From Octopus sinensis (lineage: Eukaryota): DNA of 64,000 nt. The translations under genes were made by a program, and so were the position numbers. This document shows positions 54,170-64,000 of the stretch, piece after piece. Every line of letters begins with the position of its first letter. Positions within the stretch are counted from its first letter, which is position 1. The notes beneath the pieces are model-generated. The model did no database searches. It saw only the letters and a program-made list of their open reading frames with translations, and was not told where the DNA came from. The stretch covers positions 558,001 to 622,000 of the forward strand of contig NC_043010.1 in NCBI RefSeq assembly GCF_006345805.1, in the 5' to 3' direction.

Positions 54170-54409
54170 GTGTGTGTGTTTGTGTGTCTGTGTTTGTCAC
54201 CCCAACATCACTTGACAACCGATGCTGGTATGTTTACGTCCTCGTAACTTAGCGGTTCGGCAAAAGAGACCGATAGAATAAGTACTAGGGTTACAAAGAA
54301 TAAGTCCTGGTGTCAATTTGCTCGACTAAAGACGGTGCTCCAGCATGGCCACAGTCAAATAATTGAAACAAGTAAAAGAGTAAAAGAGTGAAAGTGTATA
54401 TATACACAT

Positions 54410-54460
<51 letters not shown>

Positions 54461-54600
54461 CATATATATATATACATATCTACATTATTATATATCAATA
54501 TATATATATATGTGTATATATATATGTATATATGTATATACATAATATGTATGTATATATATACATATATATATATTGATAAATATATAATGTATATTTG

Positions 54601-54634
<34 letters not shown>

Positions 54635-54640
54635 TATACT

Positions 54641-54687
<47 letters not shown>

Positions 54688-55005
54688 ATATATATATATA
54701 TGTATTTGTGTATCTGTGTTTGTACCCCACCATCGCTTGACAGCTGATGCTGGTGTGTTTACGTCCCCGTAACTTAGCAGTATGGCAAAATATACTGATA
54801 GAATAGGCACTAGACTTACAAGGAATAACTTCTAGGGTCGATTTATTCGGCCTAAGGCGGTGCTCCAGCATGGCCGTGGTCAAATGACTGAAACGAGTGA
54901 AAGAGAAATAGAATACATGAAAGTGTTATAAAAGTGTAGCAAATCTAACGGCGGTGCTCCAGTATGGTCGTAGCTCTCGAGCTGAAACTAGTTAAAAGTA
55001 TAAAA
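54170..55005 (+). mobile_element. Two 3' halves plus a tail fragment of SINE family B, separated by microsatellite
   Basis: Copies at about 54170-54390, 54700-54905 and 54948-55005. Confidence 0.75.
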
Positions 55006-55553
55006 GAAAATACATACACACACACACAGACATATGTGTATACACGTACACACAAACCCGCACACGACCACAGTGTGTGTGTGTATGCGTATATACACAT
55101 CCATGCACAAACGTACACACACATCCACACTCACACACACACACTCTTCAAACACATATACAGATACATAAATCTATACAAACACACACACACAGTGACA
55201 TCCACGTTGGGAGCGAGCTTTCTCCCCACAGCAGATCGAAGAATCGATGGAATCAGTCACATCCACAAACGTTGTGGAGACCACAGCAGACTCTTAACCA
55301 ACACCAACAACAATAACAGTTCATTGTATCTTTTTCTTTTTTTTTTGTCATGGTCCAGTTGAACAAACAGATTTATCCCAGTCAATAAATTCATCCAGCA
55401 GAAGATTAATGTTACTAAGCCTTTCCTATAAAAATGCCTCCGGTTATGAGTTCAAACCACGCGCGGCAAACATCAAGATGTTTTTTTTAATTGTTTTTTT
55501 TTTGTTTTTTTTTTGTGATATATATACGAAAACGAAAATAGAAATATACCATA

Positions 55554-55619
<66 letters not shown>

Positions 55620-56137
55620 TATATACATATACATTTGTATTATTTCTCTTCTTGTTTTTTTTATGTTTATATATGATAATATCCTTTATTTATTTATTGC
55701 ATTGTTTTATTGTTTTATTTTGCTTTGTTTTACGCTTAATCATAAGTTTTTTCCCTGCTATTTTTCTTTTTAATTGCTTCTTTTTTTCTATACACAATTG
55801 TTTGATTGCCGGTCTATGTATACATACATACATACACACACACATATATATATATATTATATATATATATATAACATACGTGCATGGAGATATATACTCC
55901 ATATGTGTATATATATGGGTATACATAATACGTATGTGTTTATGAGATTAGTGCGTTTCTATTATGAGATTAGCGCATTTCATAATCGCAAATTTACTTG
56001 ACAAATAAAAGCCCTCACATCTTCACACCCTTCTCCATCCCCACATCCCACCCCGGCGCTACTATTTTTCCAAATATATATTCTCTTATATGTTTGTATC
56101 TATATTCATTTCCTTTCATATATGTGTGTATGTGGAT

Positions 56138-56171
<34 letters not shown>

Positions 56172-56177
56172 ATATAA

Positions 56178-56211
<34 letters not shown>

Positions 56212-58555
56212 CCGCTTCTATTTTATATTATATAATTCGACCATTATATCTAGTTGTAGTTTATATCTTCTTGTCTTTATTTTATGCATAGAAACACGTG
56301 GAAATTATGCACACACGCACACACTCACACACACGTATATATACATACACATCCATACGTACACATATCTACATACATATGCATACATGCACACTCACGC
56401 ATATATTCATATATGTGTATGTATATTTATATATATATATCTGTATATATATAAATGTATACATATATAATATATATTTTTGTGTGTGTGTATATATATA
56501 TATATAAAGACAGCATATCTATATACATATATATGTACGTATGTACATATATGTATGTATATATATGCATATATATATAGATATATATATATATATATAA
56601 ATATGTACACACATATATGACTGTTTATCTCACCATCTATGTATATGTTTACTATAGTTATATATATATTGTTTCTGTTCATGGGTTGTTTTTTTTTGCT
56701 ACCACCCGCCTCCCCCGCCGCATATCCTATCTCCGCTGTCATAGGATCATGAAGTGGTCTCTCTATCAACGTAAATATGTAAATATTGGCAAAAGAGAAT
56801 TGTGTTTTGGCACAAAAAAGGAAGGAAAAAAATCTATATCACGTTATCTCCCTTTCCCCCTCACTCTCTTACGTAAATATGTCTTTTATTATAATATGTA
56901 TATATTTTATTTTATTGCTTTTTGTTGTTATCTGAGATAGATGCGAGGAGTTTGTAGTGATGTGGGCGGTTCTGTGCAGTAGCGGCGATGGTGGTGGTGG
57001 TGGTGGTGGTTGTAGCGGTGTTGGAGGTAGAGGTAGAGGTGGTTGTGGTGGTGGTAGTGGTAGTCGTTGGTGAAGCAAGGCTGTGACCGGAGCAGTTGCA
57101 CTTGTTCACAGTCTTAGTCAGAACAGTAAATATACTCATGCACGTGTGCATGTATGTATATGCGTGTGTGTGTGTCTGTGTCTGTGTTTGTGTATATATC
57201 TGTGTTTGTGTAAGTGTGTATATGTGTACGGATATATGTGTGTGTATATATATATATGCGTTTGTGTGTACACCCCACCACACATAATATACATGGGTTG
57301 CCTGTATCCATGTAGAAATGTACATCTTCATATATTTGCATTTGTGTGTGTGTATGTGTGTTTTGTCAGTATATTTGTGTATACATGCATTTATAAAACG
57401 CTTTAAGGAATATTGGACTTAGCCGTATTCACCATTATTCACCATTATTGACCAATATTGACTAATATTGAACTGCAGCTTTATGAAATTATCGCAAAAT
57501 CATATCGTTTTCTCTAAGCAGGATTACAGAGGCTCAATGACAACACACTTGCATCTGATATCACGCTAGTTTTCTCGCAGCCATGCCTTCCGTTCTGTAT
57601 TTTAGGCGCTTGCAACAATAAGGATCTATAGTTGTAGACATGATTCATATTTAGCATTAATCTTGAAGACATATGACCAAAGGCATTCCAGCGATGACCA
57701 TCACCAATAATGTATATCTGATCTGGTATATATACGCAAGTGCAACAGTATTAAATCAAAATAGCTATATATCTATCATACTTAAAGTATTTACACCATT
57801 GATAGGCCTCCTACTGCATTATTTATCTTGGAATACCATCTCTTATGTACTTAGTGAGTTAAAAGTACAATAATATCAAGGAAAGATGAAAATTCGTCAC
57901 GTAAGCATCTAGTGAGGATGCCAAATGCATTGAAAAGGTTCTTCTTGGACCTTTTCAATGGCATGTAGACAGGGTTTTATATATTTTATTTCGTGCCGTA
58001 TAGTAGCTCATTCCCTCCTTCAAATCGACGTTGCCTCAACAGGTGCTCTGTGTAATACGCGTTAGGGGTGGAAGTAATCGCAGAAAAAGTGAGATGAGAT
58101 GTTTTGTTCAAGTACACAACGCGCCACTCGGTCTAGGAATTGACCGATCCTGAGCACAACACCCTAACCATTAGACTATGTTTCCTCACACACACACACA
58201 CATACACACACATGGTTAGAGTGTAGTACTCACGATCGTGGGATCGTAGTTTCAATTCCTAGAGCGAGTGGTGTATTAGTGTTCTTGAGCAATACACTTC
58301 ATCTCACGTTGCTCTGCGACCACTTCGACACTTGATGCGTGGTACACATTACACCTGTTTCAGACAACGTCGATTTGATGGAAGGAGTGAGCTAATGTGC
58401 GGCACGAACATTTGATCACTGTAAACAAATCATTTTTGCAGGTCATTCGGCGAGCTGAACGGTCGTACGTGCTCATCAACTTAAGAGTCCATCACACACA
58501 CACACACACAAGAAATAACAGAAACGTAAAATAGAAAATTTGAGAATCTTTATTG

Positions 58556-58662
58556 CTCCCAACGATCGTTTCGACCCATGCTGCATCAATTCTTCGCGGT
58601 TGGAATACGGTGAAACCGGTTGTGGTGCAACTTTCAGTGCAAAAGCGTCTCGTCAGATGGTT
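58556..58662 (-). ncRNA. Hammerhead-like motif (CUGACGA-GAC...GUC-GAAA-CGAUCG-UU); homologous copy at about 48920-49020
   Basis: Core boxes, 3-bp helix II base and ACGAUCGU palindrome present; helix I imperfect; AAUAAA follows on the minus strand. Confidence 0.55.
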
Positions 58663-59389
58663 TTACAAGAGTATCTTGTTATATCCTCGACGAACAGTGA
58701 GGAATTTCTCAGGTAGATCTAAGGCCAATTGTGTAAATACCGTGAATGACGTCAGGTAGCCATAGGCGGTGAATGTGCTTCCTCTACTAGGTACATACCC
58801 GAAGCTTAAATAACTACTTATATACATATTTGTATATATGTACGTAAGTACATATGTATGTATCAGGGATGTGCCGCCTAGGTTGGTAAGGTAGGCAGTG
58901 CCTACCCTGAATAAAATAGATCGATAGTAATATTTTCCTTTCATCGCAAAATATGAACCTAATTCAATAAATTATGAAGGTTACTCTGATTATTATGCAT
59001 AAAATGCAAACTATTTTATTTATTTATTTTCATTTATTTACTTATTTTTGTAGATTAGGTTGGCCTTATTTGCCTCTGCCTTTCAACATAGGTATTAAAG
59101 CTACGCATAGAACTGCTGTAGTACACGTGCTGCGTACATTCCTAAAACATTTTCTTTACACGCTATAAACTCAGTCTCGCCTACAACTCTGTCGCACGCC
59201 CGTCTTTCGCTTATTATTATTTGTGTGCGAGTGTTTTACTACATAAACGTCACCAACAGCCTACCCTGAGTAATTACTGACGGCACGTGCTTGGTGCCAT
59301 TTTCTGTCCATTTCCAAGTAAGTTTATGTATGTATGTATGTATAAGAAAATGAGATAAAGGAATAAACGATTATCTTATGAACTTCATT

Positions 59390-59470
59390 AGCTTACAGCA
59401 GTTTCTGCTATATGATACAATGGACTCATAGTTGAGTGCTTCAATAAAACTTTATAGCGTCATCGGAGCC
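59390..59470 (-). ncRNA. Type I hammerhead-like motif (CCGAUGA variant)
   Basis: Minus strand reads GGCU-CCGAUGA-C GCUAUA...UAUAGC A-GAAA-CUGCUG-UA-AGCU. Confidence 0.6.
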
Positions 59471-59679
59471 TCGAATATGAAGTGCAATTTATTTGGGAAA
59501 GAATCACATTGTTCTACACCAGATTATTAGTCTCACAATGCCTTACCGATATATATATACATGTATGTGTGTGTGTGTGTGTGTTTGCGTGTACAGACAG
59601 ACAGACGGGCACACACAAACATATTACGTGATCACGTGAACGATCAGACTATAAGATGTTGTTACACATCGTTAGTTAC

Positions 59680-59790
59680 GATATTTGTTCTCATCTTGTT
59701 TGTTGTTAACAACAAACAAGATGAGAACAAGTATCCATCAAATGTAAATAATGTAAATAATGTACATAATTCCTCACCTGTTAAATATCG
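59680..59790. repeat. Collapsed palindromic remnant of the 52-kb fold-back family
   Basis: Perfect 46-bp palindrome at 59685-59730 (ttgttctcatcttgtttgttgtt|aacaacaaacaagatgagaacaa). The right side continues as the reverse complement of 52261-52340. Confidence 0.7.
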
Positions 59791-60214
59791 TATTAGATAA
59801 ATATGTTTTAATGTATAGTTCTATTAGTTACTTGCTTAAAAGACGCATTCTGTTCGGTCTTTTAAGCTAGTTCCTGCCGAGGACCTGCAGTTGGACCTGC
59901 AGCCCCAAACTACAGAGAGCTATTTGGCATGACTATGTTACGTCCAACGTCCATAATGACTATTTACCCCGGTGGTGGTTGAAGAAAGGTTTAGGATGGA
60001 TGATAATTAATTCTGTAATGCAGTCAGTCTATTGTTCAAGTCCCAAATTGAATTCCTAAGTTTTTATATCGGCCTAAAATTAACGAAGCAAATATCATTT
60101 ATCTCCCCCTTGATCTCTAACGTCATCTGACATATGCCAACCAAGATGGCGTGAATCAGCTAAGCTTTACCTGTTAGAAATAGCAACCTAAATGCTTTTA
60201 AATCAGGTCCCAAT

Positions 60215-60362
60215 ACTGGATGCTCAAGAACCAAATGAAGAACAGATTTTCAATCCCAGGGTCATCCTGATACCAAAATGGTATAATATGTCTACATAAA
60301 GCAAATATACACTGAGATACAGGTGTCCCAGACAGACAGAATTTTGCTTTTATTTACATAGA
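60215..60362 (-). mobile_element. 5' portion of the same Helitron-like family as 39038
   Basis: Reverse complement aligns by eye to 39038-39190. Confidence 0.55.
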
Positions 60363-60965
60363 TATTAGGATAGTGTTTCATTTACGGTTTCAAGATAATG
60401 GTTTCGATTTCCGGACCGGGCGGTGCGTTTTGCTCTTGAGCAAAACACTTCATTTCACGTTGGTCCAGTATGTAAATGACTAACCATGCGACGGATTGGT
60501 GCGCCACCTATTGAGGGAAAGTGTTACCAACTCGGTTATTTATACATCACGGAAGCTAGGTATCCGGTTCCATGAGCCCATGGACTCGCGATACGTAACG
60601 TTAAGAGTTAGTTGCATTAGTTACGTAATATATAAAAACAGTCAAATTTCAAACTGGAGGAAAATCTCGAGGCTGAGCCACGTCGAAGCAGCCATAATCG
60701 CGCAAATAGGGAGATGTTTGTGTGCGCGTGCGCGTTTATACGAAATAAACAAAGATGGCAGCCTTCCTGTTTATCTCAGCGAAATTATCAAATACCAGAC
60801 TTTACGTGTTCCTAACATAAGGATGTATTAAGCACTTTCATGTTATTCTACAATATTATAAACAAATAAACAAAAAACACTCCATCAAATTATCCTAATA
60901 CACACACACACACACACACATATACATATACATATATATATATACATACATATATATATATATAC

Positions 60966-61005
<40 letters not shown>

Positions 61006-62347
61006 ATATATACACTCTAATCTAATATATTCACAAACACTTAGAATCATAGACGTATTTGTGCGTATTCTTGCGAATGTTCTTTTTATAAATTAAAGTA
61101 ACAACGACAAAAAAATATATATACGAGGAAAGTAAACATTAGAAATAGCAACAACAACAGCAACAACAACAACAACAACAAGAACAACCCTTTACCCCAT
61201 CCATTGCCATTAATAAAAAGCTAAATAGAGAGAGAAAAATTTAGAAAAATGGAAAGAAACAAAGGCCAGATCAAAAGTTAAAAATGATTAAGTTATTCAT
61301 AACGGAGGTCATCGAAGCTTTTGTTTCAGGATGATGGTGGTGGTGGTGGTTTAGGTGGTGGTGTAGGTGATGGCGGTGGTGGTGTAGATTGTGGAGTTTG
61401 TAGTGGAACGTGGTTATGGTGATGGTGGTGATGATGGTGGTGGTGGTGATGGCGGTGGGGTTTTGGTTGTGGTGGTGTTGGCGGTGGCGGTGGAGGTTGT
61501 GATGGTGGTTGTGATGGCGGGGTTGTTGGTGTTGATGGTAGGGGTGATGGTGGTGGTGATATTGATGCTGCTGGTAATGGCAGCGGTGGTGGTGACAGGG
61601 ATCAGAGTGGCAGCACTGCCAGAGGAATACATAATATAACAACAAGAACAAGAAGAAGAACAGCGTCAACAATGTACAACAAAAAAAAGGAACCAAAAAA
61701 CCTAATACGGAAATAAATTAAAAAGCTTATGTTTTAGAGGTTTTATGGTAGAGGAGCCTGAGCACTAGGGAGTAGTTGCGGGCGATGGGGGAGACACTAG
61801 GGAGTGGATGAGAGAGAGAGAGAGAGGGAGAGAAGGAGGAGATGGAGAGGGAGAGAGAGAGAGAGAGAGCAGTACTAAAAAAGGACAAATTAATAATTTT
61901 TGGTACAGAAAACATATCGAAACAAAGGATTAATTGATCAACGTTGCCAGTGTGAGGTTGAAGAGGTGAGTGATGGTGGTGGTGGTGGTGGTGGTGGTGG
62001 TGGTGGTGGTGGTAGTCTTGGTGTTTGTAGAAATTCCTGCTGTGGCGGTGATGGTGGCGGTGATAGCGATGGCGGTGGTGATCATGATGGTGGCGGTAGT
62101 GATGATGGTGGTGTTGGTGACGCATTTATGGTGATGGTGGCGGTGGTGGTGGTAATGATGGCTGGTGTAATGGAATAGAAGTGGATAGGTTTACCTGGAA
62201 AGACATCGGATGTGTGGAGTAGGAGAGGAGGTAGAAGACGGAAAACATTTTTGTGGGTGTGGGGTAAAAAGGCTCCATAGTTAAAATATTTCCTTAGTCG
62301 CCCTCCTCCGCCTTCTTCCTGTTATCTTTCTCTTTCTCACTCTCTTA

Positions 62348-62394
<47 letters not shown>

Positions 62395-62460
62395 GCTTTC
62401 TTCGTCGACGATATCAAGATGAGAGGAATAACAGCAGATATGACGTACCAGATAGGGATT

Positions 62461-62509
<49 letters not shown>

Positions 62510-62640
62510 ACAGAGAGAGAGAGGGAAGATGGAAGTAAGAGGAAGAGTGAGAGAGTGAAAAAGAAGCAAAAGAGAGGAAGAAGTAAGAGAGGAGGAGTGG
62601 AATATGGGTAAAAAAGAGAAAGAGTATATAACTACAAATA

Positions 62641-62772
62641 TTGCTCGCTCCGGAAAACCGTACCGTAACCTGGAGTTCCGTAATGTGAAATGCATTCCTT
62701 ATAAACTCATGTTGGAATATGGGTTTCACGTTATGGAATTTCATTTAACAACGAAATTTTCCCGGATCGCAA
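62641..62772 (+). ncRNA. Candidate structured RNA hairpin (pre-miRNA-like)
   Basis: 62671-62691 pairs with 62723-62743 in 21 contiguous pairs including five G:U; additional inner (AUUCC/GGAAU) and basal (CCGGAAAA/UUUUCCCGG, UUGC/GCAA) stems. Confidence 0.45.
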
Positions 62773-64000
62773 CGTTTCCGCAATGCGCGGTAATGGCTGT
62801 ATAACTAAATACATCTGGTCACATAATTCAACATAACATATTATATCATAACACGATGCAATACGCGGTAACACGATGCAGCACAACGGTTGTGTTACAT
62901 GAGGGAGATTTGCTACTACTTCTGACAGCGACGTAGAGGGTCCTTCAATGTTTACTATTATCAAGATGGCAGTGAGGTGGCAGAATTGTATGAGGCTCGA
63001 AGAAAATGATTTGCAGTTGTTAATCTGGCTCTTTACGTTCTGAGTTCAAATCCTGGCTAGACCAACTTTAATTTTTATCCTTCCGCGGCTGATAAACACA
63101 GCGGAACTCATCGCAGCACAATACTCTGTATCATAAACCCACAGAACATAAAACGCAATAATGCAAGATATGTCACAGCATATGTTACAATATAAAACAA
63201 CGGATGAAGGCACAACACAACACTTGAATATAATTCAAAGCAACAGGACTCAGCAAAACGACATTATCACAACATGATCAAAACACTGGATCGTAACGGC
63301 CCTGCTCAACTCAAGTCCAGTCTTTTTCTCACCATCACAATCCTGCAAAATTATAACATTCTCCTTCTTCTATAAATACATGAGTCTATGAAAGACAGCG
63401 AAGAGAGAAAGGGAGAAAAGAAAGAAAGAAACGGGAATAGAGAAAGAAAGATAAAAAGAAAGCGCTGTAGAAAGAAAGGGGAATATAAAGAGAGGAAGGA
63501 AGAGTGGCAGAGTAAAAAAATATTCAAACAAACAAAAAACAAATTAAATGGTGCAAAAAGTAAACTTTGCAATCCCACCCCATTCCACCCAGAATCTCAT
63601 AAACTACCCCATTGCACTCCACTCCACCCACAACTCCATCCTTGTCATATAGGAAGCAAATAAAACATAAAGGCAGCGAGAAAAGCACGCACGTATAACA
63701 AAGAGAGCAGCGCCACCTCATCTTCACCACTGGAATTAAAATGCTGTTGTGAAATGAATGACAAGGTTTCATGTTACTTCCTGTCACACTTGTGTCAGTA
63801 ATGGAACAACAAATGCAAATTTATGCCTTGATACCTTCATAAACAAACAAAACAAAACAAAACAAATAAACAAACTCTCAGAAATAAACATTATTGTTTT
63901 TCTCTGTTTTTGTTTTCCCCTTTTTATAGGAAGAGGGGGGGGGGACTAATGGATTAAAAATTAACAGATCAATATTTTTCGAAAAAAGATGAACGAAAAA

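Noticed and set aside
62150-62220. Minus-strand splice-like site gtctttccag|gtaaac
   Set aside because: Adjacent sequence is CAC/CAT low complexity with no credible frame.

Overview
This is eukaryotic, very AT-rich DNA saturated with microsatellites. The recurring tRNA-derived SINE families and low-complexity runs look like an octopus (coleoid cephalopod) genome; that assignment is my inference from pattern recognition. Almost all ORFs in the supplied track are microsatellite artefacts. Real content: (1) The 3' end of a + strand host gene: an internal exon at 251-398 ending in a phase-1 donor, followed by at least three phase-1 acceptors that each give a different C-terminal tail (11241, 13341, 30809). 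Two of the tails begin with the same DISSR peptide. (2) Dozens of SINE copies from about four families, fossils of R4/Dong-like, CR1, RTE and Penelope-like retroelements, hAT and Tigger/pogo transposase remnants, MITEs and Helitron-like ends. (3) A set of type I hammerhead ribozyme motifs from several unrelated sequence families, repeatedly arranged as fold-back pairs with one hammerhead per strand. The clearest is a perfect zero-spacer 118-bp palindrome at 42522-42639. (4) A strand-specific, G:U-rich long hairpin at 62641-62772 (pre-miRNA-like). (5) A 100-N assembly gap at 49681-49780. All calls were made by eye; no database searches or folding programs were run.
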